Shown here: one piece after another, positions 55,951 through 64,000 of the stretch | Numbering within the stretch: the first letter of the stretch is position 1 | Layout of the letters: the number at the start of each line of letters is the position of its first letter | Assembly: GCA_034666125.1 (NCBI GenBank) | Contig: JAXDML010000007.1 | Location: forward strand, 5,270 to 69,269 | Source: Candidatus Parcubacteria bacterium | GTDB taxonomy: Bacteria; Patescibacteriota; Minisyncoccia; Phycocordibacterales; Phycocordibacteraceae | Reading direction: 5' to 3' | DNA length: 64,000 nt | The notes under the pieces: model-generated | Told to the model about the DNA's origin: nothing | What the model saw: the letters and a program-made list of their open reading frames with translations, nothing else | Database searches by the model: none | Position numbers and translations under genes: made by a program

Positions 55951-56562
55951 ATGCAATCAAGCCCATACGACGTCGTCCTGCTTCCAGACGAGACCGTGGC
56001 CCGGAAGGCCATAGTGCTTAGCCGCGAACTTGCACAACATGGTTCCCATTTCACGCTGGACGGGGTCAGCTACTATCCTCATGTCTCACTCTATATGCTC
56101 CAGTTACGTGAAGACGATCTTCAAAAGGCACTGGAAAAGCTTTCGTCACTAGCTGAAAGGACCCGGACGGTCACCGCAACCGCAGATCAGTATCACAGAT
56201 CTGCTGGATACTTAAGCGTTAAGTATGTGAAGTCCGGAGATTTTACGCGGGTACAGGACGACGTTATTCGTGAATTGAATCCTTTACGCGATGGTCTCCG
56301 CCAGAAAGACAAAGGTCGTTTAGCGACGATAGAAGGAGCGGAACGGGACAATATTCTCGAGTACGGATATAGGAGCGTCGGTAACGAATTCTTCCCTCAT
56401 CTTACTTTCACCAGATTCGTATCTCCTGACGAACCGCTTCCTGAGGCGCTTCCTCCGAAGGAGGATTTTGACGGAGAGTATCTACAGCTAGGGTTACTGG
56501 AGATGGGCGATAACGGAACGTGTATCAGGCTTCTCAAAGCCTGGGAACTAGAGAGAGATTAG
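55951..56562 (+). CDS. 2H phosphoesterase (LigT/2'-5' RNA ligase-like), AT-rich gene
   Basis: Two H-x-T/S-x motifs (YYPHVSLY, FFPHLTFT) as in E. coli LigT (HLTLAFLG/HPHITLLR). The ATG lies 2 nt after the tRNA 3' end. Confidence 0.65.
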   Translation: MQSSPYDVVLLPDETVARKAIVLSRELAQHGSHFTLDGVSYYPHVSLYMLQLREDDLQKALEKLSSLAERTRTVTATADQYHRSAGYLSVKYVKSGDFTRVQDDVIRELNPLRDGLRQKDKGRLATIEGAERDNILEYGYRSVGNEFFPHLTFTRFVSPDEPLPEALPPKEDFDGEYLQLGLLEMGDNGTCIRLLKAWELERD

Positions 56563-58544
56563 AGCGGCTCCCCTCCTCCCTTCAAATCTTCCGCGATGAC
56601 GATGGGATTCTCTTCCTCCTTCACTTTCGGCGTGATGCCGTTCAGTATCAATAGTTTCTCGAACTCCTCGCGTTCCAGCGTCTCGACCACGATGAGCTTT
56701 TCCGCGATCATCTCGAGCGCCTTTTTGTGGTCGGTAAGCACCGTGCGTGCCTTCTCCTTGGCCTCGTCGATGATGCGCGTGACCTCCGCGTCGATCTTCG
56801 CTGCCATGTCCTGCGAGTAGGTCTCGCTGCGGTAGTTCTGGTCGGTGGCAAAAGCGACGGGCCCGATCTTGTCGGACATGCCGTAGCGGGAGACCATGTC
56901 GCGCGCGAGCGCGACTACGACCGCGAGGTCGTTCGACGGTCCGGTCGTCACGTCATCGAACATCATCTCCTCGGCCACGTATCCGCCGAGCGTTCCCGCG
57001 ATCTCGTCAAGGAACTCCTTCTTCGACTGCAGCTTCGTGTCCTCGAACGGGAGCTTGAGGGTATATCCGCCCGCGCGCCCGCGGCTGATGATGGATATCT
57101 TATGCACCGGGTCGGCATGCGGCAGTACGCTCGACACGAGCGCGTGGCCGACCTCGTGGTATGCGGTCAGGCGCTTCTGCTTCTTACTCATGAGATGGCT
57201 CTTGCGCTCGGGACCGAGGATGACCTTCTCGATGGAGCGCACGAGGTCGTACTGCGTGATCTCGGTACGATTCTCGCGCGCGGCGAGAATGGCACCCTCG
57301 TTCATGAGGGAGTAGAGCTCGGCGCCCGAGAAGCCCGGCGTGCGCTCGGCGATCTGCTCGAGGTTCACGTCCGGACCGAAAGGCTTCGTGCGCGAATGCA
57401 CCTTCAGTATCTCCAGGCGGTCCTTGCGGTCCGGAAGATCGATGGTGACCCGGCGGTCGAAGCGCCCGGGGCGCAGGAGCGCCGGATCGAGCACGTCAGG
57501 ACGGTTCGTCGCGGCCATGACGATGACCTTCTCGTTCGGCTCGAAGCCGTCCATCTCCACGAGTATCTGGTTCAGCGTCTGTTCGCGCTCGTCGTTACCG
57601 CCGCCGACGCCCGTACCGCGCACGCGTCCGACCGCATCTATCTCATCTACGAAAATGATGGCGGGTGCGGTGCGCTTCGCGAGCTGGAACAGGTCGCGTA
57701 CGCGCGAGGCGCCGACTCCGACGAACATCTCGACGAATTCCGAGCCCGAGATGGAGAAGAATGGCACTCCGGCCTCTCCGGCGACCGCGCGCGCAAGAAG
57801 CGTCTTTCCGGTACCTGGCGCGCCCATGAGCATGATGCCCTTCGGGATACGCGCACCGATGTCGAGGAACTTCTTCGGGTTCTTGAGGAAATCCACGATC
57901 TCGAGCAGCTCCTCTTTCGCTTCCTTCGCGCCCGCGACGTCCTTGAAGGTCACGCGCTGCGCGTTATCCGCCGGGTCGATCATACGCGCCTTCGACTGTC
58001 CGAACGTGAACGCCTGCATGCCCGCGCCCTTCACCTGGCGCACGAGGAAGAGGAAGAGGACGCCGAGAAGCAGGACCGGCAGCAGGATGGGCGCGAGCGT
58101 CCCGAACCAGAAGCGGAATCCGCCTTCGGTGGCGATCGTGATGACGACCTTCGAGAATTCTTCCGGCGTGACGCCGTAGGCGGTAAGGGTTTCGGTAATG
58201 CCTTGTGACGGATCCTTCATCGCCTTCTTCTCGACGCCGTCGGCGTACGTGAGCGTGAGGTCCTCGCCCATAATGCGGATGTTCTGCACGATACCCGAGC
58301 GCACGTCGGCGGCCACTTGCGTAAGGGATATCTCCTCGGCCTTCTTGCCGTTCCCGGCCACGAGCGAGTACACGCTCATCAGAAGGAGGAGGATGAGGAC
58401 GGTCGAGATGAGATTCCCCGCGAAGCCCGGGCCTTTCGGCATGAAGCCGCCGAACCCGCCCTTCTTGGGGCCGGGCTTCTTGGCAGGGTTCTTTTTCTTA
58501 CCGCCTTTCTGTACAGGCGGCGGGGGTGGAAGCTTGGGTGCCAT
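56559..58544 (-). CDS. ftsH: ATP-dependent zinc metalloprotease FtsH
   Basis: Two TM helices, an AAA domain ([18 protein letters not shown]) and HEVGHAL zinc motif. Confidence 0.9.
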   Translation of the reverse strand: MAPKLPPPPPVQKGGKKKNPAKKPGPKKGGFGGFMPKGPGFAGNLISTVLILLLLMSVYSLVAGNGKKAEEISLTQVAADVRSGIVQNIRIMGEDLTLTYADGVEKKAMKDPSQGITETLTAYGVTPEEFSKVVITIATEGGFRFWFGTLAPILLPVLLLGVLFLFLVRQVKGAGMQAFTFGQSKARMIDPADNAQRVTFKDVAGAKEAKEELLEIVDFLKNPKKFLDIGARIPKGIMLMGAPGTGKTLLARAVAGEAGVPFFSISGSEFVEMFVGVGASRVRDLFQLAKRTAPAIIFVDEIDAVGRVRGTGVGGGNDEREQTLNQILVEMDGFEPNEKVIVMAATNRPDVLDPALLRPGRFDRRVTIDLPDRKDRLEILKVHSRTKPFGPDVNLEQIAERTPGFSGAELYSLMNEGAILAARENRTEITQYDLVRSIEKVILGPERKSHLMSKKQKRLTAYHEVGHALVSSVLPHADPVHKISIISRGRAGGYTLKLPFEDTKLQSKKEFLDEIAGTLGGYVAEEMMFDDVTTGPSNDLAVVVALARDMVSRYGMSDKIGPVAFATDQNYRSETYSQDMAAKIDAEVTRIIDEAKEKARTVLTDHKKALEMIAEKLIVVETLEREEFEKLLILNGITPKVKEEENPIVIAEDLKGGGEPL

Positions 58545-58593
58545 ACGTTGCAGGCACTATACAATAGATTGTATTCATGCGAAAACTCTTTCT

Positions 58594-59040
58594 ATGTCGC
58601 TGATAGAGAACAAGAAGGCCCGCCTGCGCTATTCGATCCTGGAAACCTTCCAGGCCGGGCTCGAATTGTCCGGGGGCGAGGTGAAGGCGCTCCGTAGGAA
58701 ACAGGGCAAACTCGACGGTTCACGCGTCATCGTACGCGGGGGTGAGGCCTTTGTCGTAGGCATGCAGATCCCGCCGTACCAGCCTTCGAACACGCCGGCC
58801 GACTACGACCCGGAGCGTACTCGCCGCCTCCTCCTTACGAAGACGGAAATAACCGAACTGGCCGACGTGGAAGTGCGTAAAGGCTTGACAGTTGTGCCTA
58901 TTGAGGTATATACTAGCGGGAGATATATCAAGGTGCGTGTGGCAGTCGTGCGCGGAAAAGGCAAGTCCGACAAGCGAGAGGATCTCAAGCTCAAGGACGC
59001 CAAACGCGAAATGGATCGCGCCCTGAAACGTCGAACCTAG
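58594..59040 (+). CDS. smpB: SsrA-binding protein
   Basis: 148 aa: MSLIENKKARLRYSILETFQAGLELSGGEVKALR... is canonical SmpB. The track ORF extension upstream is antisense ftsH. Confidence 0.9.
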   Translation: MSLIENKKARLRYSILETFQAGLELSGGEVKALRRKQGKLDGSRVIVRGGEAFVVGMQIPPYQPSNTPADYDPERTRRLLLTKTEITELADVEVRKGLTVVPIEVYTSGRYIKVRVAVVRGKGKSDKREDLKLKDAKREMDRALKRRT

Positions 59041-59051
59041 TAGCGATCGGT

Positions 59052-59091
59052 CCCGGGCTTGAACTATGCTCCTGTATAGTTCAAGCCCGGG
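59052..59091 (+). repeat. 16-bp perfect inverted repeat (cccgggcttgaactat...atagttcaagcccggg) between smpB and ssrA
   Basis: Read directly. Probable smpB terminator or tmRNA-precursor leader hairpin; the last 3 nt overlap the tmRNA 5' end. Confidence 0.6.
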
Positions 59092-59498
59092 GGTGACCGG
59101 CTTTGACGGTCTGTCCTTTGAGAGACGTGCGACGCGATGGAAGATTGTTGTCCATCTAAATCTCGCAATCAAAAATACTTGCAAACAAATCGAATGCAAG
59201 CGTGAAGTCTCCGTACTTCGGTATGGGCAGCTTCGCGTTCGCGAAGGTGTAAGCTCGAGCTTCGGCTCGCTTTACCTAGCGACGTCCTCCTTCCCCGGTT
59301 CTCGTAGCGGGTAGGTAGGGCGGAATCTTCTACGGGATCGATAGCTGTCCGTCCGCGCAGCTACCTAAACAAGGACTCAGGCAGAAGCGTTTTCGTTAGC
59401 GTTCTTATGCTTCCGCTGAAACCTCAATGCTAACTACGCGTCGTAGACTCGCTCTCAAAGCCAGGCTGGACCGGAGTTCAACTCTCCGCACCTCCACC
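59089..59498 (+). ncRNA. ssrA: tmRNA (SsrA)
   Basis: The 5' end GGGGGUGACCGGCUUUGACGG resembles E. coli GGGGCUGAUUCUGGAUUCGACGG. The 3' end has a T-arm CGGAGTTCAACTCTCCG plus CACCTCC-A-CC. The acceptor pairs 5' GGGGGUG with 3' CACCUCC and shows the alanine-identity G3·U70 wobble. It is adjacent to smpB. The AAAAAUACUU-GCA-AAC resume context is like E. coli. Confidence 0.75.
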
Positions 59499-59506
59499 GA
59501 TATAGA

Positions 59507-59546
59507 ATATCTAGAAATAGCGCCTCGAGGCGCTATTTCTAGATAT
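59507..59546. terminator. 40-bp perfect palindrome (atatctagaaatagcgcctc|gaggcgctatttctagatat), likely bidirectional terminator between ssrA and rnj
   Basis: Read directly; sits between convergent genes. Confidence 0.6.
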
Positions 59547-59562
59547 GGCAGTTCTTTGATTG

Positions 59563-61338
59563 CTAAACGCGTATAAGCACTGGGATTACAATCGGGACCT
59601 TGTTCGTTTTCTGGAAAAGAAAGCCGATCACCGCATCGGCTATCTCGTCTCGGATACGATCGTCGTCGACCCCTCTCGAGTCCTTGAAAGCATGCTCGGT
59701 CACCCTCTTAACCAAGAGACGGGACTCGTGCAGCAATGGCTGTGATTCGCGCAGGTATACGAATCCGCGAGAGATAATGTCGGGCGATTTGCGAAGCCTT
59801 CCGGTCTTGCCATCAACGGTTACGACAACGATAAACATCCCTTCTTTTGCGAGCGTGAGGCGGTCGCGTATGACGGGCTCTTGCCGGGCACCTACGGCGA
59901 ACCCATCGACGGCCAGCGGGTCTGAAGGCACCTTTTCTTCGTGTATCTCAAGCCTTTCCCCGTCCACGATGTCTATGACCATGCCGTTATCGGCAACGAT
60001 GGTGCTTTCTCTTGCGCGTCCTGCCTGCTCCACGACTTTGGCATGCGTCGAGGTCTTGGAATAGTATCCGTGCGCGGGCATAAAGAACTGCGCGTTCACG
60101 GTCCGATCGAGCCAAGCCAGTTCGCTTGCGTTGCCGTGACCGCTTGAATGCACATTGTCCGATCGGTAGTGGATAAGCGTCACTGTGTGTCGATACAGCA
60201 GGTCCTTGAGCCTTTGAACAGAAAGTTCGTTCCCCGGAATGACGGAGGAAGAAAGTACGATCGTGTCCCGCTCGGTGAACGAGATGTATTTATGCTGCTT
60301 AGTAGCGATGCGGGTCAGGGCTCCGAACTCCTCGCCCTGTGCTCCGGTTGCCAGGATGACCAGCTTGTCGGACGCGTAGCTTCCCGTATCCTGCATCCGT
60401 ATGATCGTGCCGGGTTGAGGTCGAAGCAATCCCGTCTTTTGGGCGATCTCGATGTTGTTCTGAATGGACCTGCCAACGGGTACTACTTTCTTACCAAGCC
60501 TTTCCGCAGTTGTAATGAGGTTGATCATGCGTTCGAGTTGAGTGGAAATGACGCCAATAACCAGTCGACCGTGCACCCCTTGCATGATCTCATCAAGATT
60601 CTGCCGCACCCGCGGTTCCGGGATAGAGAAACCGGGGCTATCCGCGTTGGTCGAGTCGGAAACGAAAAGCAGATTCTTCTGGGCTCCCAAGGCACTCCAC
60701 ATCTTGACCTCATGCGGGACAGGCACGCCGTTCTCATGACCGACCTTCAGGTCGCCCGTGAATATGACGTTCCCGTACGGCGTTTCGATCGCAACGCCCA
60801 TCGCGTCGGGAATCGAGTGAGTAACCGGAAAGAACTGCACGTGCGTTCCGCCGATGGCATGCCGTGAGAAGTTCTCTACCTCGATGATATTCAAAGCGGG
60901 CGCATCCGGATATTCCTCCTGACGCCTTCTGATGATCACCGCGCTCAGTTGCTGGGTATATATCGGAGGGTTCCCGATGCGGTCCATGAGGAACGGTATC
61001 GCTCCCACGTGATCCAGGTGCCCGTGCGTAATGAGGACTGCACGGATCCGCACAGCGTTCTCCTCGAGATACGCCGGATTCGGTAGAAGGTAGTCTACGC
61101 CCGGGTTCTCGTCAGGGGACACGAACTGGAAACCCGCATCGACGACGAAGATGTCCGGACCGGTTTCGACCACGCACATGTTACGGCCGATCTCCTCGAC
61201 TCCCCCGAGCGGGATGATGCGCACGGTGTCGGTTCCGGGAGGTACCGGTGAATACGGTAACGGCGTATGAGGTCGTTGTTTCGTACTGCGCTGTTGAGCG
61301 CGCTCCGGCATGCGTGCCGAAGCAGATGGATGAACCAT
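59563..61338 (-). CDS. rnj: ribonuclease J (metallo-beta-lactamase/beta-CASP RNase)
   Basis: HxHxDH motif (ITHGHLDHVGA) followed by beta-CASP and C-terminal domains; 591 aa. Confidence 0.9.
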   Translation of the reverse strand: MVHPSASARMPERAQQRSTKQRPHTPLPYSPVPPGTDTVRIIPLGGVEEIGRNMCVVETGPDIFVVDAGFQFVSPDENPGVDYLLPNPAYLEENAVRIRAVLITHGHLDHVGAIPFLMDRIGNPPIYTQQLSAVIIRRRQEEYPDAPALNIIEVENFSRHAIGGTHVQFFPVTHSIPDAMGVAIETPYGNVIFTGDLKVGHENGVPVPHEVKMWSALGAQKNLLFVSDSTNADSPGFSIPEPRVRQNLDEIMQGVHGRLVIGVISTQLERMINLITTAERLGKKVVPVGRSIQNNIEIAQKTGLLRPQPGTIIRMQDTGSYASDKLVILATGAQGEEFGALTRIATKQHKYISFTERDTIVLSSSVIPGNELSVQRLKDLLYRHTVTLIHYRSDNVHSSGHGNASELAWLDRTVNAQFFMPAHGYYSKTSTHAKVVEQAGRARESTIVADNGMVIDIVDGERLEIHEEKVPSDPLAVDGFAVGARQEPVIRDRLTLAKEGMFIVVVTVDGKTGRLRKSPDIISRGFVYLRESQPLLHESRLLVKRVTEHAFKDSRGVDDDRIRDEIADAVIGFLFQKTNKVPIVIPVLIRV

Positions 61339-61564
61339 AAGATTCTTGCATTAACACGATACAGAAAGCGGCGCCTTGCTAGACGTGTGTTCTGATCGAT
61401 GTGGACGTCGGACCAAGAGTGGCCGGACTTGATAAGTAGTAGCGGAACTTCGCGACTGTAGTAGCGGCCGAGTGGCAGCTGAAAAGAGTCTACCCTTTCT
61501 GTTTACTTTGTCAATAAAGGCCTGCCGAAGCGGGCCTTTATCGTTTGCATATCGCATCGGTTTC

Positions 61565-62152
61565 TTAGTAACGAGGTTTGAGCAGCGTAAAGGATTTAGG
61601 GATCCGAAGCGTCTTGAACGAGGCCTCTAGGACGGGCTTATATTTCTTCCATTCTTTCTCAGGCACTTCCGCCGCGACAGTATAGGAGTAATCGGGGCCG
61701 ACGGTGTCTACGGCGATATAACGTACCCGTGACTTTCCTCCGATGCCCGCCTGCTTCATTTCCAGATCGAAGCCATAGGCGATGCCCAGCCGGATGCGCT
61801 TATTTTTCACGACCTTGCCATGTGCCTTCTTCCCGCCGTTTTTATACAACGCGATGATCCGCTCCGTTTTCCCGAGCGCCGTTTCAGCTTCGGAGTAACC
61901 CCTGCCGACACCGACCACCATGCTGACGGTCCTCTCCGAATTCGTAAAGGATACGTAAGCCGCAGGCGGTTCATCGACAAGAACGGTCGGGGTCCATCCT
62001 TTCGGCGCACGGATTATGGGAGTACCGAGAGGGGTGACGTATACGGCGCTCTCGAGCTTCTTCGTGTCTGACGCCGCCTCGGCGGATTGCGGACCGATCG
62101 CTGCCGAACAAAGGATGAACGAAGCGATCAGTAGATAGGATAGGGGTTTCAT
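61565..62152 (-). CDS. hypothetical secreted protein
   Basis: 195 aa with a signal peptide MKPLSYLLIASFILCSAAIGPQSAEA. Confidence 0.45.
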   Translation of the reverse strand: MKPLSYLLIASFILCSAAIGPQSAEAASDTKKLESAVYVTPLGTPIIRAPKGWTPTVLVDEPPAAYVSFTNSERTVSMVVGVGRGYSEAETALGKTERIIALYKNGGKKAHGKVVKNKRIRLGIAYGFDLEMKQAGIGGKSRVRYIAVDTVGPDYSYTVAAEVPEKEWKKYKPVLEASFKTLRIPKSFTLLKPRY

Positions 62153-62162
62153 TCTTTAACGA

Positions 62163-63368
62163 CTATCTAGCGCACGCGGTCTTCGGGCCGAGTTTCTTCG
62201 TTCCCTGGGCGGCATATCCAGTCGAGTCGACGCAGTAATATTTGCCGCTCGGAAGCTTCGCGCTTGCCGCGAATGCCTGCGGGGTCGCGTTGCACTCCAC
62301 GCTGACCTTGGCGGACTTGAAAACGTTCCGTATGTCAGCGTCGGCGCATAGGCCTTTATACCCGTTGCGGCCGTTGCCGTCGTAATAGAGTTCGGCCATG
62401 GCGCGCGTGTTCGAGAGAGACGACTTGATGGCGCTCTCGGCGAGCGTGCTGCGTCCGCCGTCCGAGCTCTCCTCCATCTCGCGGAGCAGCTTCTCGAGCC
62501 CTACTGCTCCGGAAGGCTTCTTGATCTTCGAGACCTTCCCGTACGAGTAGGTCGTCGTCCCTTCGACAAGGAGGCTCGTGGCATAGTCGGTATGCGCTAC
62601 GCGGTACGTGATGCGGGTCGGCAGGTACGAGGACTTGTCGATGGTAAGCGTCCCGGTAACGGCCTTGAACTGCGAGGCTATCCGAGAGGCTTCGGCGGCC
62701 GTATAGATCACCTCCTCGTCCGAGAGCCGGCTCGTTTCGTTAATGAGCTGGAGGAGCTGGGACGGATTCACCCGGAAATCGTATACGTACTCCTTTCCGG
62801 TCGAGCCGTGCTCGGTGAATACGAGGGCAGGATACTGTCCGGACGTGCCGCCGAGTGCCGCGAGCACCTCTTTTACCGAGAGCCGCGCCGTCGAGCCGTA
62901 GAACTCCTCTCCGTCCATATCGACCCGGACCCATTTCTTGATCATTCCCTTGAGGTCGAAAAAGTCAGTGGCAGGCGCCTTAGTAACCTTGAAATATGCT
63001 TCGTCGCGCATGGGCAAGATCTTGAATTCGAACGCCAGGCTGAGATCCTTCTTGCCGAAGAGCGAGCTTATGAGGCCGCCCACGCCCGGATCGGCAACGC
63101 GTATCGAGAACGCGCCCTCTGCGTTGGCATCCTGTCCGGCTTCGCTCGCCGTACTTCCCTTGATAGTGCCCGAGAGGACCTTCCGCCCCGACTCGCTGAG
63201 CGTAAAGGACGCCGTGCTATCGCTGCGGCTCGCGGGGAGGGCGTCCACGGCTTCGCTCATCCTCAGGACGGGGACGGGGAGCGCCTGTGCCTCGGACGGC
63301 GACGGAATAAGAAAAAGGCCGCACAGGACGAAGGCCAGGAACGCGGGCGAACGAAGTATGTGGGTCAT
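62163..63368 (-). CDS. Sec-secreted protein with C-terminal pilin-like globular domain
   Basis: Started at MTHILRSPAFLAFVLCGLFLIPSPSEA (ATG 63366-63368). The C-terminal ~100 aa (AIKSSLSNTRAMAELYYDGNG...YYCVDSTG...C) closely parallels pilin 36288..36749 (AIKSNLANARAEAEIYYDSNG...YCVDSTG...C). Confidence 0.55.
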   Translation of the reverse strand: MTHILRSPAFLAFVLCGLFLIPSPSEAQALPVPVLRMSEAVDALPASRSDSTASFTLSESGRKVLSGTIKGSTASEAGQDANAEGAFSIRVADPGVGGLISSLFGKKDLSLAFEFKILPMRDEAYFKVTKAPATDFFDLKGMIKKWVRVDMDGEEFYGSTARLSVKEVLAALGGTSGQYPALVFTEHGSTGKEYVYDFRVNPSQLLQLINETSRLSDEEVIYTAAEASRIASQFKAVTGTLTIDKSSYLPTRITYRVAHTDYATSLLVEGTTTYSYGKVSKIKKPSGAVGLEKLLREMEESSDGGRSTLAESAIKSSLSNTRAMAELYYDGNGRNGYKGLCADADIRNVFKSAKVSVECNATPQAFAASAKLPSGKYYCVDSTGYAAQGTKKLGPKTACAR

Positions 63369-63397
63369 GAAGAGGGGTGAACGGATAAGATTCCTTT

Positions 63398-64000
63398 CTA
63401 GCGAGAGGCGGCCTTGCGTGCCGGGCGACGGCGCCTCTTCTTCTCGGGAGCTTCTGCGGGCTTTGCCGTCTTGCGCGCCATGATCCGCATGCCCTCTTTC
63501 TGGTATTTCTCGAGCCCAGCGATGAGCCGCGACGCATCCGTGATGCGGATGCCAGTTTCTCCGGCGGGTTCGAATTTTATGCCAAGCCATCCGAGGCTCC
63601 TGCGGACGTTCTCCGTGAAGCTCTCCCGATCCTGCCAGTTGCTTGCGGCAGCAAGGGTCCGATTGATGACGGTTTCGAGCTCCGTGACCAGTCTTGAAAG
63701 GACCACCGGGTTGTCGTAATCGATAGGCTCACCCGTATCCTCCCACCTGGTCTTGCGGACCTCGTCGTCGAAGGCGCTGAAGCCCTGGTTCCATTGCTCG
63801 ACCGGCGAAAGCCCGTCGCGTACCGCGCGTTCGGCACGACGGGAAGAAGTGTACAAGCGAGATACTTTCGCGCCGCCGTAGGCGATCGGGGTGTGCGAAC
63901 GCGCTCCGGTACGAGCCGCCTTGATCCGGCGACCGAGGTCCACGTCCTCCGCGAGACGGGATTCCGAATCGTAGCCGCCGATGGCCGCATAGGTGCTTGC
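63398..64000 (-). CDS. hypothetical protein, 5'-truncated by window end; basic C-terminal tail
   Basis: The reading frame continues open to the window edge. The C-terminus is ...KTAKPAEAPEKKRRRRPARKAASR. Confidence 0.4.
   Translation of the reverse strand, partial: ASTYAAIGGYDSESRLAEDVDLGRRIKAARTGARSHTPIAYGGAKVSRLYTSSRRAERAVRDGLSPVEQWNQGFSAFDDEVRKTRWEDTGEPIDYDNPVVLSRLVTELETVINRTLAAASNWQDRESFTENVRRSLGWLGIKFEPAGETGIRITDASRLIAGLEKYQKEGMRIMARKTAKPAEAPEKKRRRRPARKAASR

Noticed and set aside
58198-58593. 5' extension of ORF 58198..59040 (SmpB frame)
   Set aside because: Antisense to ftsH. SmpB homology begins exactly at MSLIENKK (58594).
61351-61557. ORF 61351..61557(-) in the rnj upstream region and the hairpin at 61514..61541
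   Set aside because: The ORF has no RBS and an implausible sequence. The hairpin (ataaaggcc...ggcctttat) lacks a U-run on the relevant strand, so I did not list it as a terminator.

Overview
This is a high-GC (~60-65%) bacterial chromosomal segment. It is almost entirely coding, mostly on the minus strand, with many genes joined by 4-nt ATGA stop/start overlaps. Recognisable content, in order: ftsE-ftsX; a short RF2 (prfB); two tRNA-Thr; a MacAB-like tripartite ABC efflux module; an ABC-F ATPase; a sortase next to its LPNAG-anchored surface substrate with a DUF3494/ice-binding-like domain; an M3-type peptidase; an orphan pilin; tRNA-Asp and tRNA-Met; a histidine kinase preceded by two tandem SET-domain genes; an MsbA-like ABC exporter; DoxX; an M23 peptidase; a zf-Com/PAS protein; a protein with an isoprenoid-synthase fold; a histidine kinase/OmpR pair; idi; an AT-rich islet at tRNA-fMet; gatC-gatA; ligA; a large type IV pilus locus (four pseudopilins, pilD, two major pilins, a secreted protein resembling a clan-CD peptidase, pilC, pilT, a CheY-like receiver, pilB, a small membrane protein, pilO, pilN, an inserted alpha/beta hydrolase, pilM); an APH-like kinase; tRNA-Ser; NUDIX; malic enzyme; a proline-rich secreted protein; an Amidase_3; recG; tRNA-Ile(UAU); a LigT-like 2H phosphoesterase; ftsH; smpB-ssrA (tmRNA); RNase J; and secreted proteins, one of which carries a pilin-like C-terminal domain. 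Several small AT-rich genes sit inside this GC-rich background, three of them directly 3' of tRNA genes. I did not recognise any rRNA, CRISPR array, integrase or transposase. Lineage is inference only: sortase with an LPNAG substrate, T4P with multiple pseudopilins, tRNA-Ile(UAU) and compact overlapping genes suggest a small-genome, possibly Patescibacteria/CPR-like or Gram-positive-like organism, but none of this is diagnostic.
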